Below, one piece after another: positions 48,003 to 58,061 of a stretch of DNA of 64,000 nt. The position numbers and the translations under genes are program-made. The stretch lies in assembly GCA_045655005.1 (NCBI GenBank), contig JAZOOJ010000001.1, positions 19,473 through 83,472 on the forward strand, in the 5' to 3' direction. Source of the DNA: Clostridia bacterium. GTDB taxonomy: Bacteria; Bacillota; Clostridia; Christensenellales; UBA1242. A model generated the notes under the pieces. The model ran no database searches. It was not told where the DNA came from and worked only from the letters and a program-made list of their open reading frames with translations. Positions within the stretch are counted from its first letter, which is position 1. Each line of letters starts with the position of its first letter.

Positions 48003-49253
48003 ATGAAACGTATTGCATCAATTATTTCAAGTTTTATTCTTCTTGTTTGCGTGGCGTTCACAATGACTGCCTGCAAGCCAAAAGTTACAAATTTTTCAAC
48101 AGAGGGCGTTATCAGTAATGGTAATCTTGGTGTTGTGAAAGATGACATTTTATATTATGTTAACAGATTAACTTCTGATAGAACGCTTCGTGGCAAAGAC
48201 CAAGAAATGTTTGGTATTTACAAAACCGCCGTTGACTCAAATGGAAGCCCTGTTGGTGAGGCTGAACTTCTTTACACAACATTTGCCGGTTTTGAAAGTG
48301 GACAACTGTTTATTTATGGTGATTATATTTATTACACAACACCTGCAGATGTTACCAACCAATCGGGCAAAAGACTGACTGACCGCACAAGTTTTTGTAG
48401 AGTTGGTATAGACGGTAAAAATTTTAGTTTGATTTACACTAATGATAGTGATGAAGAACCAACATTTGGTTATTATGTTTACGACAATATGTTGTATTTA
48501 ATTGTTTTACAAGAAACAAATCTTTATTCAATCAAAATGGATAAGAAATTTACCGTAACTCAAATTGATAGCGATGTAACAAGTGTTGTACTAAGCGAAA
48601 CTTCTGGTGAAGGTGGCGGAGCAGAAGGCTATGTATTTTATACAAAAGAACCAGCTGAGGGCTTTATTACACAAACTGGGCATAATGTTTATAGGTCTAC
48701 ACCAGACGGAAAAAATCCTGAACTTATTTCATCTGGTCAAAATGTAACTCTTTTAAGAGTTGTTAATGGGTATTTGTATTATTTACTTGATTCTGCAACA
48801 ATGTACAGAACAACCACAACCGGTGGGTTTACAACGGGTGATTCAATCTCATTTATAAGTTATGAAAACTTTATGATTTTAAGTGATGGTGGAATTGTTG
48901 CTCAAAACAAGGATAAATCGCAAACTTGGTATTACAATTGGACATCAGGTTCTTTGGTTTCAAGATGCTTATTAACGTCAATTTCTTATGAATTATTGTT
49001 TGAAAACAATGGCTATATTTATATGAAAAACAATGTAAAAGATGAAACAAAATATATGGTGAGAATTAATACGACCGACACAAATCAAACCGTTCAAAAG
49101 ATTACCGAAGTTGAAACTCAAAAAGCTGGCAACTATATGCATTATGAAATTATCGGCTCAACCCTATATTTCTATGAAAAAGAAACTGTGACCGATGCAA
49201 ATGGTAAAAGTCTTAGTTATAGTAAATTGAATACGTTGTTAATTAATAAATAA
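48003..49253 (+). CDS. Putative lipoprotein with beta-propeller-like repeats (416 aa)
   Basis: Signal peptide plus lipobox (VAFTMTAC). Recurrent (Y/F)Y(Y/V)..... aromatic strands such as DILYYVN, DYIYYTT, GYLYYLL and TLYFYEK. Confidence 0.65.
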   Translation: MKRIASIISSFILLVCVAFTMTACKPKVTNFSTEGVISNGNLGVVKDDILYYVNRLTSDRTLRGKDQEMFGIYKTAVDSNGSPVGEAELLYTTFAGFESGQLFIYGDYIYYTTPADVTNQSGKRLTDRTSFCRVGIDGKNFSLIYTNDSDEEPTFGYYVYDNMLYLIVLQETNLYSIKMDKKFTVTQIDSDVTSVVLSETSGEGGGAEGYVFYTKEPAEGFITQTGHNVYRSTPDGKNPELISSGQNVTLLRVVNGYLYYLLDSATMYRTTTTGGFTTGDSISFISYENFMILSDGGIVAQNKDKSQTWYYNWTSGSLVSRCLLTSISYELLFENNGYIYMKNNVKDETKYMVRINTTDTNQTVQKITEVETQKAGNYMHYEIIGSTLYFYEKETVTDANGKSLSYSKLNTLLINK

Positions 49254-49378
49254 TTTGAAAAGACGTCAACTATTAGTGTTGGCGTTTTTCTTTTTCGACA
49301 AAATTAAATAAAAACTCCAAAATATAAAGTAGTGCTATTACAGACAATAGTACTAATGAAAAAAGGGGAGAGAATTTA

Positions 49379-50581
49379 ATGAAAAAGGTAATAACAATTT
49401 TTGCAATAATTTTTGTAACGGTGATGGCAGTAATGGTTCCTGTTGCAAGAGAATTAATATTTTGCTGGAAGAGAGTTGATTTCAATGTAAGTGCGTCTGA
49501 GATTAATTCAGATGTTAAGTCTGCCTTGGGTTTAAAAGCGAAATCAAGTGTTTTGATGGAGGCTAACAGCAATAAAGTTTTATATGAAGATAATGCAAAT
49601 AAACAACTTGCACCAGCAAGTATGACAAAGGTAATGACAATGCTTATTGTCATGGAAGAAATTGATGCAGGTAGACTATCTTTGAATGATAAAACCATTA
49701 TAAGTGAATATTCTGCAAGTCAAGAGGGGTCTGAGTGCTTTTTAGATGCTGGGCACAGTTACACAATTGGTGAACTTATTAAGTCGGTTGCTGTCGCAAG
49801 TGCGAATGATTCTTGTGTGGCGCTAGCCGAAGCCGTTTGTGGAGATGAAAAACTTTTTGTAAACAAAATGAATGAAAGAGCAAAGGCTCTTGGAATGAAA
49901 AATACAAACTATGCAAACTGTACAGGGTTAGATGCAAGTGGGCATAAAAGTACAGCATATGACTTGTGTCTTGCAATTAAAGCACTTTCTAAATATGATA
50001 TAATTTCAAATTTTGAAAAAACGTGGATGTATGATATGAAGCATAAAAATGGTAGAGTTACAGGCCTTACGAATACAAACAGATTGGTAAGAAACAACCC
50101 AGATTGTTATATGGCAAAGACAGGACATACCGATGATGCAGGATATTGTATTGTTGTTTATGGGAAACGTGGTGGAACAGATATGATTGCTTGTGTTATG
50201 GGCTTAGATGATAGTGCTACAAGATTTGAAGAAGTAACAAAATTATTAAACTACGGATTTGCAAACTATGAAAGCCAATTGCTGATTGAAAAAGATAAGC
50301 CTATGGGAGAAGCAAGAGTACGTGGCGGGAAAATAAAAACCGTGCCATATTATCCAGAAGAAGATATTTACGGATTTACTAAAAAGGGTGAAAAATTAAA
50401 TCCTGAAATAGTTCAAACTTTAGATAGCGAAGTTGTAAAGGCTCCTATAAATGAGGGTGACAATATTGGTAAATTAGAGATTTTCTTAGATGGAGAAATA
50501 AGCAATGAAACGGGCTTAGAGGTAAGAGAAAATGTTGAGCCTTGGGGCGTAAAAGATATAGTAGTTGAATTAATTGGTTAA
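49379..50581 (+). CDS. Serine-type D-Ala-D-Ala carboxypeptidase (PBP5/DacB-like)
   Basis: SMTK (SxxK), SAND (SxN) and KTGHT (KTG) motifs, with an N-terminal signal/anchor. Confidence 0.88.
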   Translation: MKKVITIFAIIFVTVMAVMVPVARELIFCWKRVDFNVSASEINSDVKSALGLKAKSSVLMEANSNKVLYEDNANKQLAPASMTKVMTMLIVMEEIDAGRLSLNDKTIISEYSASQEGSECFLDAGHSYTIGELIKSVAVASANDSCVALAEAVCGDEKLFVNKMNERAKALGMKNTNYANCTGLDASGHKSTAYDLCLAIKALSKYDIISNFEKTWMYDMKHKNGRVTGLTNTNRLVRNNPDCYMAKTGHTDDAGYCIVVYGKRGGTDMIACVMGLDDSATRFEEVTKLLNYGFANYESQLLIEKDKPMGEARVRGGKIKTVPYYPEEDIYGFTKKGEKLNPEIVQTLDSEVVKAPINEGDNIGKLEIFLDGEISNETGLEVRENVEPWGVKDIVVELIG

Positions 50582-50586
50582 AATTT

Positions 50587-50660
50587 AAAAATATAGGTAA
50601 GATAATTATTATTCACAAAAAGCAGATTGTAATATATGAAATCTTGCCTATATTTTTTTG
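50587..50660 (+). terminator. Long hairpin terminator (15-bp stem, about 37-nt loop) with T-tract
   Basis: aaatataggtaagat ... atcttgcctatattt followed by ttttt. Confidence 0.6.
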
Positions 50661-50735
50661 TTGTGATTAAATAATTTGACAGTGGGCTTAATAATATATA
50701 TAATTAAGTATATAAATTTTGGGAGAGTGTTTTTA

Positions 50736-51422
50736 ATGCTGATTAGTTTATTTCAAGCGAAGTTAACCTTTTTACAATTTATGGCGGTATTGCTTGCGTA
50801 CTTAGGCGTGCTATTAATAAGTTTTTCAGCACACGAATTTGCACATGCATTTACAGCATATAAAAATGGAGACCCAACAGCCAAAGCATACGGCAGAATG
50901 ACGTTAAATCCATTTGCTCACATAAATGTTTATGGGTTTGTTTGTTTGATTATTTTTGGATTTGGTTGGGCAGATCCAGTTCCTGTTAATGAATATAATT
51001 ACAGGCGTGGGAAACGCAGTATGTTTGCGGTTGCTATTTCAGGCATCGTTGCAAACCTAGTATTAGCACTTGGATTCACATTTGTCTATGCACTTATCGG
51101 AACAATATCTCCAAGTGCTTTTATGGGGCATACGTTTTGGTCTGAACTTTTAAGTTATTTTTTAATTTATGGCGTAGAAATCAACTTGTGTTTAGCATTT
51201 TTCAATCTTTTGCCATTTTATCCACTTGACGGAAGCCGTCTTCTTGAATTGATGCTTAAGCCAAATAGCCCAGTTTTGCAATTTATGTACAAATACTCAA
51301 CATTAATTCTTTTAATGCTTTTGTGTTTTGGTGTAATTAATTTTGTGCTTCAATATGTTTTGTACTTTATGGAAATTGGAATGCTTACGATGTGGACAAG
51401 TTTGTTCAGTTTATTTACTTAG
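50736..51422 (+). CDS. Site-2 protease family (peptidase M50) membrane protein
   Basis: HEFAHAFTAYKNGDPTAK (HExxH), multiple TM segments and NLLPFYPLDG. Start moved to ATG 50736 (gggagag RBS). Confidence 0.85.
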   Translation: MLISLFQAKLTFLQFMAVLLAYLGVLLISFSAHEFAHAFTAYKNGDPTAKAYGRMTLNPFAHINVYGFVCLIIFGFGWADPVPVNEYNYRRGKRSMFAVAISGIVANLVLALGFTFVYALIGTISPSAFMGHTFWSELLSYFLIYGVEINLCLAFFNLLPFYPLDGSRLLELMLKPNSPVLQFMYKYSTLILLMLLCFGVINFVLQYVLYFMEIGMLTMWTSLFSLFT

Positions 51423-51451
51423 ATAAGAAAAATTAAAATGGAATTAAAATT

Positions 51452-52246
51452 ATGGAAAATATAAAAGTCGAAAATAAAGAAGATTTGGAATCTCTTGGAA
51501 TAGAAAACCAGGAAGATATTGATGAAAGTGGTGTAAAATTTAGGCTTGACAAATTTGAGGGACCTCTTGATTTGCTTTTACATTTAATTAAAGATGCAAA
51601 GATTGATATAAAAGATATTTTTATATCAACCATTACTGAGCAATTTTTAGAATATATTAATGAATTTTCGGAAATGCCTGTCGAAAAGGTTGGAGATTTT
51701 ATTGAAATGGCTGCGATGTTGCTTGAGATAAAGTCTAAAAAATTATTACCGCCTCCGCCAAAAGAAGACGATGAAGATGAAGAAGATCCAGAGAAAAAAT
51801 TGATTAGACAATTGGAAGAATATAAACTTTTTAAAGAGCAATCGGAGGTTTTAAGCAATTTGGAAAACGTCAATTCTCTTTATAAAGACCCAGAGCCACT
51901 TGCAAATGGATATAGATATGAATTAAAAGATTTCAGTTTTGATAAACTTTTAGATGCTTTTGCTCTTATAATGCACAAGGTCGAACAGCGTGCAGAAGTG
52001 CCAGAAGCAAAGCAAATTGCAAAAGACAGATTTACTGTCGCACAAAAAATGGCGGACATCAAAGACAAGTTGCTACAAACTGATAAGATAAGGTTTTCTG
52101 AATTATATCAAGATGATTATAGTAAAAGTGAAGTAATTAACACTTTTTTGGCGTTACTTGAATTGTTAAAAACACAAATGATAAAGGTACTTCAACCAGA
52201 CATATTCAGTGATATTTTTATCGAGAAGAACGAGGAAGTAATTTAA
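51452..52246 (+). CDS. scpA: Segregation and condensation protein A
   Basis: FEGPLDLLLHLIKDAKIDIKDI signature, followed by scpB. Confidence 0.9.
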   Translation: MENIKVENKEDLESLGIENQEDIDESGVKFRLDKFEGPLDLLLHLIKDAKIDIKDIFISTITEQFLEYINEFSEMPVEKVGDFIEMAAMLLEIKSKKLLPPPPKEDDEDEEDPEKKLIRQLEEYKLFKEQSEVLSNLENVNSLYKDPEPLANGYRYELKDFSFDKLLDAFALIMHKVEQRAEVPEAKQIAKDRFTVAQKMADIKDKLLQTDKIRFSELYQDDYSKSEVINTFLALLELLKTQMIKVLQPDIFSDIFIEKNEEVI

Positions 52247-52271
52247 TCAAAACAGAATTAAAGGAAAAAAT

Positions 52272-52991
52272 ATGGAAAATAAAGAAAAATTAGCACAAGT
52301 AATTGAGGGAATATTATTTGTTTCGGGTGAGGCTGTTAGCATAACTGATATTATGAGCAAACTTGAAATAACCGAACAAGAATTAAATGAAGCGGTTGAA
52401 ACTTTGGAATTTAAGTACAATAATCCAAGTGGTATAATTTTAAAACAATTCAATCGCAAACTTCAACTTGCTACAAATCCAGAATATATTGAAAATATTT
52501 CGCTTGTCTTGAATCCAATTAGAGAGCGTGCACTAAGTAAGGCGACCATTGAAACTTTGGCTATAATTTGTTATAAACAGCCAATTACAAGGCTTGAGAT
52601 TGAAGAGATTAGGGGCGTTTCATGCGACTATGCGGTAAGTGTGCTGATGGAACATAAATTAATTGAAATAGTAGGTAAAAAAGACGTGGTTGGAAAACCT
52701 GTAATGTTTGGAACAACTGATGACTTTTTGAAACGATTTAATTTAAATTCTCTTGAAGATTTACCAGACAAAGAAAGTTTACTTGCACGAATTAAGACAA
52801 TTCGTGATGGAGATCGTGACCAATCTCTGTATCGTCAATTTGATATTTCTGATGAAGAGATAATACCTGAAAAAATCAAAGAAAAGCAAGAGACTAAGTT
52901 GCTAAAAGTAGAATCTGAAATTGAAATCCCAAATGTTATTTCTGGGGATATAGTAAAATCAGAATTTAGCGAAGCAGATGATTTTGTTTAA
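52272..52991 (+). CDS. scpB: Segregation and condensation protein B
   Basis: IEGILFVSGEAVS..., ETLAIICYKQPITRLEIEEIRGV and GKPVMFGTTDDFLKRF motifs. Confidence 0.9.
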   Translation: MENKEKLAQVIEGILFVSGEAVSITDIMSKLEITEQELNEAVETLEFKYNNPSGIILKQFNRKLQLATNPEYIENISLVLNPIRERALSKATIETLAIICYKQPITRLEIEEIRGVSCDYAVSVLMEHKLIEIVGKKDVVGKPVMFGTTDDFLKRFNLNSLEDLPDKESLLARIKTIRDGDRDQSLYRQFDISDEEIIPEKIKEKQETKLLKVESEIEIPNVISGDIVKSEFSEADDFV

Positions 52992-53015
52992 TATTTAATT
53001 TAAGAATAAAAATAA

Positions 53016-53062
53016 AAAAAATAACAACACTATTTTTGTATGAAGATAGTGTTGTTTATTTT
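53016..53062 (+). terminator. Strong hairpin after scpB whose loop and 3' arm contain the start of the next CDS
   Basis: aaaaataacaacactat (53016-53032) pairs with atagtgttgtttatttt (53046-53062). ATG 53040 lies in the loop. Confidence 0.6.
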
Positions 53063-53597
53063 TATACCATTATTAGTGTTATTGTTTGTGCTAATGTTTC
53101 CAATTAAAGCACAAGCAAAGTTTGTTCTTGATATTAAAAGTAGAAGTGTTTACTTTGTTGTTTTAGGGGCTGGAATTTCAATTATAAAAGGAAAGGTATA
53201 TTTGCTTGAAAATCTGACAACAAGTGTCATAACAGACAAAATATTTTTTATGAATATGAAACAATCTAATATTGAAAAATACTTTATGCTGAAATCTCTT
53301 TTAAAAAAAATCAAACTTAGTGAAGTTGTAATTTTAACAGACGCAGGTATACAAGAAGATGCATTTTTAACAAGTATGATAGTCGGAAGTTTTAATGCGT
53401 TTTTCTCATCGCTTGCACCGCTTAGCAAAAGTAAAGATATAATATACGATATAAAAATTGACCCCACATATAAAGATACAAATTTAAATGTGGCAGGTGA
53501 AACAACTATTAAAATATCGGTATTAAATTTGATAATAGCAATAGTAGATGCAAAAGTTAAAGCAAAAAACTATAAAAAGGAGAATCAATATGTTTAG
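53040..53597 (+). CDS. YtfI-like (DUF2953-like) membrane-anchored sporulation-associated protein
   Basis: N-terminal TM helix. Lies immediately upstream of, and overlapping, the ytfJ homolog, as ytfI does in Bacillus. The assignment rests on context only. Confidence 0.5.
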   Translation: MKIVLFIFIPLLVLLFVLMFPIKAQAKFVLDIKSRSVYFVVLGAGISIIKGKVYLLENLTTSVITDKIFFMNMKQSNIEKYFMLKSLLKKIKLSEVVILTDAGIQEDAFLTSMIVGSFNAFFSSLAPLSKSKDIIYDIKIDPTYKDTNLNVAGETTIKISVLNLIIAIVDAKVKAKNYKKENQYV

Positions 53598-54012
53598 AAA
53601 AGATGATAAAGGCGGATTTATTTATGAGAGAGAGCCAATAACTGAATTGGTGACAAATGCAATCAAAGAAATCAAAGGAATGATTGACAGTGATGTTGTT
53701 GTTGGTAAACAAATAAGAACGCCAGACGACAAAGTGATTGTTCCAATAAGCAGAGTTAGTGTGGGGTTTGTGGCTGGTGGCGGGGAGTACAATGCTACCA
53801 CTATTGACACAAAATCGCCATATGCTGGCGGAAGCGGTGCCGGTTTTTCAATTATTCCAATGGGTTTGGTTGTTATTAATGGAGAAGATGTTAAGATGAT
53901 AAAAATCACGCAAGCTGAACCTCTTTTGAAATTGATTGATATAATTCCTGATGTTATCAAAAGTGCAGTGGATAAACATAAAAAAAAGGAAAATAATGAT
54001 GAGAAATTATAA
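53590..54012 (+). CDS. ytfJ: Sporulation protein YtfJ/GerW family
   Basis: VGFVAGGGEY...GGSGAGFSIIPMGLVVINGEDVKMI Gly-rich core typical of YtfJ. Start at ATG 53590 with an aaaggag RBS. Confidence 0.8.
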   Translation: MFRKDDKGGFIYEREPITELVTNAIKEIKGMIDSDVVVGKQIRTPDDKVIVPISRVSVGFVAGGGEYNATTIDTKSPYAGGSGAGFSIIPMGLVVINGEDVKMIKITQAEPLLKLIDIIPDVIKSAVDKHKKKENNDEKL

Positions 54013-55399
54013 TTCGATAAGTAGTTTTGCTGAATATAAAATGCAAAATGTATGTGAAAATTCTTTAAAAAGCAATGTAAGTTTTCCAATTAGTGAAAAT
54101 ATCAGAAAGGGTGAATATTTTTATGAAAAGCCTTGTCGCTCGATTGAAGTCGCAGAAGAAAATGAACCAATAAAAGGAGAAACTACAGTTTGTTATGACA
54201 AAAGTCACACTAATTTGTTCGCTCTTGTGTTTTCAATTGCGGTAGTTTTAATTTTGGCAATTATTGCTGGATTAAATTTTGCGTCAAGCACAAATTATAC
54301 GACTTTTTACAGGTTTTCGGGGTCGGTATTGGCTGACGAAAAGAAACCATATAAATCGATGGTTGTAATTGAGCCAAATTCTAAAAGTGTGCTTGAATCA
54401 TTTAATGAGAATGAAAAATTGCCTATGGCAAGTACGACAAAGATAATGACAGCAATTATCACCATTGAAAACAATGCAGATTTAACAAAAGTTGTTCCCG
54501 CACCACGTGAAGCCGTTGGTATTGAGGGGACAAGTATATATCTTCGTGAAAATGAAGAGTTATCAATTAAAGATTTGTTGTATGGATTAATATTGGCAAG
54601 CGGGAATGATTCAGCGTCGGCTTTGGCTATAATAACGTCTGGAAGTGAAGATGCGTTTGTTCAATTAATGAATGACAAGGTCGCTGAGTTAGGACTTAAA
54701 AACACGCATTTTACAAATCCTCACGGGCTTCACGATGATAATCATTATACAAGTGCTTTGGATTTGGCAAAAATTACAGCCTACGCATTACAAAATGATG
54801 TGTTTAGAGAAATTGTTTCAACTAAAAGGCATACGATTGCTGAAACACCGCTTACAAAAGAAAGATATTTAAAGAATAAACAAAAGTTATTATTTGATGA
54901 TGAATTAAATTCTGGAGAACTTCAAATTACAGGCGTTAAAAGTGGGTTTACACCCGAAGCCGGAAGGTGTTTGGTGACAAGCGGTTATAAAGGCGATATG
55001 AATGCAATTTGTGTAGTATTTAATTGTCCGGACATGTTTGAAGAAAGCAAAGAATTGATACAAAAAGCATTAAATGTGTATGTGTACGAACAAATTATTG
55101 AGCCTTATAATTATTTATCGACGCTGACAGTATTAGACGGCGATATTGAAAATATTAATGTTTTTAGCGAATTAGGCTTCTCTTATCCAATAAAAAAAGA
55201 TGAAAAAATTGAAATTAAAACATATTTAGAGTATCCAAAAGAAATCTACGCACCAATTTCAGAGAATCAAGAAGTGGGGCGAGTTATTGTAACAATTAAT
55301 GGAGAAGAAAAGTTCTCAACGCCAATAAAATCAATGGAGAATGTAAAAAATACAAACTACAAAAAAATAGCAAAAGGGTTAATTGAGGAATTTATTTAA
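53996..55399 (+). CDS. Serine-type D-Ala-D-Ala carboxypeptidase (second paralog, membrane-anchored)
   Basis: STTK (SxxK), SGND (SxN) and KSGFT (KTG-like) motifs, with an internal TM anchor. Start set at ATG 53996. Confidence 0.85.
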   Translation: MMRNYNSISSFAEYKMQNVCENSLKSNVSFPISENIRKGEYFYEKPCRSIEVAEENEPIKGETTVCYDKSHTNLFALVFSIAVVLILAIIAGLNFASSTNYTTFYRFSGSVLADEKKPYKSMVVIEPNSKSVLESFNENEKLPMASTTKIMTAIITIENNADLTKVVPAPREAVGIEGTSIYLRENEELSIKDLLYGLILASGNDSASALAIITSGSEDAFVQLMNDKVAELGLKNTHFTNPHGLHDDNHYTSALDLAKITAYALQNDVFREIVSTKRHTIAETPLTKERYLKNKQKLLFDDELNSGELQITGVKSGFTPEAGRCLVTSGYKGDMNAICVVFNCPDMFEESKELIQKALNVYVYEQIIEPYNYLSTLTVLDGDIENINVFSELGFSYPIKKDEKIEIKTYLEYPKEIYAPISENQEVGRVIVTINGEEKFSTPIKSMENVKNTNYKKIAKGLIEEFI

Positions 55400-55403
55400 A
55401 AAT

Positions 55404-55445
55404 AAAAATCACGTTAAAAGTAATTAATACTTTTGCGTGATTTTT
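55404..55445. terminator. Bidirectional intrinsic terminator
   Basis: aaaaatcacgttaaaagta-attaa-tacttttgcgtgattttt between convergent genes. Confidence 0.85.
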
Positions 55446-55449
55446 GTTA

Positions 55450-55995
55450 CTATACAGCCGAGCTTTCATTGTCGCTTTCATCTGTTTGCATATGTAATGA
55501 ATTTTGGCATGTTGTATTTGTTGCATAGAAAACAACGAACTGGTCAGGGTCTCTTTTTGCAAAGGTTGAATATTTTGAAACCAAGGCAAAATCTCTATTC
55601 GCTCTGCCACTTGTATGGTGAGTGAGTATACCTACAGGTATAGATTTACCTATTTTAAGACTTGCTAATGTGTCACCTGAGCATTCTTTTATGAAAATAT
55701 CATAAATATCATTCTCGATTTGACGATTAACAGAATTGACGGAAGTAAACTTTGCTGAAAGTTCTTTAACTTCGCCGTTGATATTACGCATTACAAATAC
55801 AGATGCATTGCCAAAAAGATTAAAGGCTTCAATATTGATTAATTCAATCATATTAGCGTTCTTTGGGTAATATGGAGATGAAGGCTTGATGCTGTTAATA
55901 ATTTCCATAAATTCGTTAATTGTAGATATTGTTTCGTCATTGGCGTGTTTTTTCATTTGTTCAAGTGAACGATTAAATCCTAGTGAATAGTTCAT
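55450..55995 (-). CDS. Hypothetical protein (181 aa)
   Basis: ORF with a gggagag RBS. No motif recognised. Confidence 0.55.
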   Translation of the reverse strand: MNYSLGFNRSLEQMKKHANDETISTINEFMEIINSIKPSSPYYPKNANMIELINIEAFNLFGNASVFVMRNINGEVKELSAKFTSVNSVNRQIENDIYDIFIKECSGDTLASLKIGKSIPVGILTHHTSGRANRDFALVSKYSTFAKRDPDQFVVFYATNTTCQNSLHMQTDESDNESSAV

Positions 55996-56055
55996 AAATT
56001 TCTCTCCCTTAATTAATAATAGTTTATAGTATGAATATTTGTTGTTTTGAGCAAC

Positions 56056-56087
56056 AAAAAATAACGATTTAAACCATCGTTATTTTT
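56056..56087 (-). terminator. Intrinsic terminator downstream of rluB
   Basis: aaaaaataacgat-ttaaacc-atcgttattttt. The sequence is symmetric, so it could work on either strand. Confidence 0.7.
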
Positions 56088-56168
56088 AGTGATTATATAA
56101 TACGATATAAACATAAATAAATTTAATAAGAATATTGAGTTTATTTGGCTTATTTTATATATTTATGT

Positions 56169-56870
56169 TTACATTAATGCGTATTTTGGGTCAAATGGCT
56201 TGGTTGTGCCTCTTGGAAGTCCTCCAAGTCGAAGCATTCCAATTTGGGTACGTTTTAAAAAGATTACGTTTTTGCCAATACTTTCAAACATACGCCTAAT
56301 TTCACGATTCTTGCCCTCTTGAATTACAATTTCAAGTTTGGTCTTTTCTTTGTCTTCTTCCAAAACTTTAATCATTGCTGGGGCGGTTTTTGTGTTTTCA
56401 TCTAACTCAACACCACGTGAAAGTTTTAGTACTTCATTTCTTGTTATATTTCCTTCAATTTTAACGATATAATGTTTTTTTATTTTTGATGCTGGGGAAG
56501 TAATTTCTTTTGCGAAATCGCCGTCGTTGGTGAATAAAAGTAATCCCTCTGAGTCATAGTCAAGCCTGCCAACAGGTTTTACGTATGGGCGATATTTTTC
56601 TGGTATGAAGTCCATAACGGTTTTTCTTCCCTTGTCATCAGAAAGAGATGTTATACAGCCCTTTGGTTTATATAGCATAAGATAGATGTAATTTGATGTG
56701 TATTGCACACGCTTTCCGTCCAAGAAAACTCTGTCGTTATTTTCGTCGACATCAGTAGACAATTCGGTTACGACTTTTCCGTTTACGGAAATTCTGCCAG
56801 AAAGGATAATTTCTTCGGCTTTGCGTCTACTTGCAACGCCACAAGTTGACAAAAATTTATTAATTCTCAT
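56169..56870 (-). CDS. rluB: Pseudouridine synthase, RsuA/RluB family
   Basis: S4 domain MRINKFLSTCGVASRRKAEEIILSGRISVNG and catalytic GRLDYDSEGLLLFTNDG. Confidence 0.9.
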   Translation of the reverse strand: MRINKFLSTCGVASRRKAEEIILSGRISVNGKVVTELSTDVDENNDRVFLDGKRVQYTSNYIYLMLYKPKGCITSLSDDKGRKTVMDFIPEKYRPYVKPVGRLDYDSEGLLLFTNDGDFAKEITSPASKIKKHYIVKIEGNITRNEVLKLSRGVELDENTKTAPAMIKVLEEDKEKTKLEIVIQEGKNREIRRMFESIGKNVIFLKRTQIGMLRLGGLPRGTTKPFDPKYALM

Positions 56871-57007
56871 AAGGTTGTTTTTCTCCCCAAGTTTTGATAG
56901 TTTGCATTATACAATAAATTTATCGAAATTTCAAGAAATTATAATAAAAATATTTCTGAATAGTTTATTCTCTTGATAAACGGACAGCATTATGATAAAA
57001 TTAAACT

Positions 57008-57679
57008 ATGAAAAAATTGTTTACCACAATAGGAAAGGCCGTGAATGCCTGCATAGAATTTATCTTAGCAACAATATTAGTAGTAGTTGCTTTGTTTTTG
57101 TATATCCCGCTCAGGATAATTTTCCCTACAAAGATTGTAGGCAGAAAGCATTTGAAAGAAGTTAAAGGTGGAAAAATTATAGCGTCAAATCATTACAGCA
57201 ATTTTGATGGGGTTTTGCTTGTTGTATTTTTCTACCCTATAACCTATGTAAGGAAGTTTTTATCAAAGAAAGAGTTATCGAGAAATAAATTCTTTGGATA
57301 TATCTTTAAGGCGTTTGGGGCGATTTATATCGATAGAAGTCGATTGGATATGAAAGCAATGCGTGAAACAACAAAACAACTTCAAAAAGGAAAAACTTTA
57401 ATAATGTTCCCAGAGGGTACAAGAAACAAGTCTGGAGACGAAGAAACAAAGGCGTTGAAAGGTGGTGTTATATATTTTGCAAATAAAGCAGATGCTACTA
57501 TTGTTCCTGTAACATTTTTACATCGTCCAAAGCCATTTAAGATGAATAAGATTATTATTTCTAAGGGTTATAAAATAGACAAGGAAGTGAAATGTAATAC
57601 AGAACAAGAAATCGAAAAATTAGAAAAGATTTATAAAGACGTAAGGGCAGAATATATTAAAGAACAAAAAGGAGAATAA
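57008..57679 (+). CDS. plsC: 1-acyl-sn-glycerol-3-phosphate acyltransferase
   Basis: NHYSNFD (HX4D) and FPEGTRN motifs, with an N-terminal TM segment. Confidence 0.85.
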   Translation: MKKLFTTIGKAVNACIEFILATILVVVALFLYIPLRIIFPTKIVGRKHLKEVKGGKIIASNHYSNFDGVLLVVFFYPITYVRKFLSKKELSRNKFFGYIFKAFGAIYIDRSRLDMKAMRETTKQLQKGKTLIMFPEGTRNKSGDEETKALKGGVIYFANKADATIVPVTFLHRPKPFKMNKIIISKGYKIDKEVKCNTEQEIEKLEKIYKDVRAEYIKEQKGE

Positions 57680-57682
57680 AGT

Positions 57683-58042
57683 ATGCAAAGTCTATTAGCA
57701 ATCACAACTGATAATATCACCATTATAATGTATGTGTTAGTAGCATTACTTCTTGTTGGGAATATATTATTCCTAGTGTTGTTTATTGGAAGTACTGCAA
57801 AGTGTGCAGATCTTGAAAATCAATTAAGGTCAAGAACAGGTGAGAATATTGCCAATACCGAACACGATAGAAATGCAGACCAGCCAGTAGGCGCAAGAAT
57901 GGAAGATAAACAACAATATGTCGTAGTTGAAGCAAAAGATAACTTTAATGTAGTAGAAAAAGAAAGCCAACAAGTAGTTGCTGTTGCAAAGTCCAAAGAC
58001 GAAGCACGTGAAATTATTAAAAGTATGGCGCAAAAGGATTAA
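57683..58042 (+). CDS. Small single-TM hypothetical protein (119 aa)
   Basis: aaaggag RBS. One TM helix followed by a hydrophilic tail. Confidence 0.55.
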   Translation: MQSLLAITTDNITIIMYVLVALLLVGNILFLVLFIGSTAKCADLENQLRSRTGENIANTEHDRNADQPVGARMEDKQQYVVVEAKDNFNVVEKESQQVVAVAKSKDEAREIIKSMAQKD

Positions 58043-58061
58043 AAAGGATTGTGATTAACTA

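Noticed and set aside
49273-49698. Minus-strand ORF of 141 aa overlapping the start of the carboxypeptidase gene.
   Set aside because: The plus-strand gene has clear SxxK, SxN and KTG motifs and an RBS. The antisense ORF is hydrophobic low-complexity sequence and sits over the upstream terminator.
51433-54089. Antisense ORFs 51433-51873, 53150-53467 and 53622-54089.
   Set aside because: Each is fully contained in, and antisense to, a confidently identified gene (scpA, the ytfI-like gene, ytfJ). The Ser/Ile-rich translations are typical of reverse-frame artefacts in AT-rich DNA.
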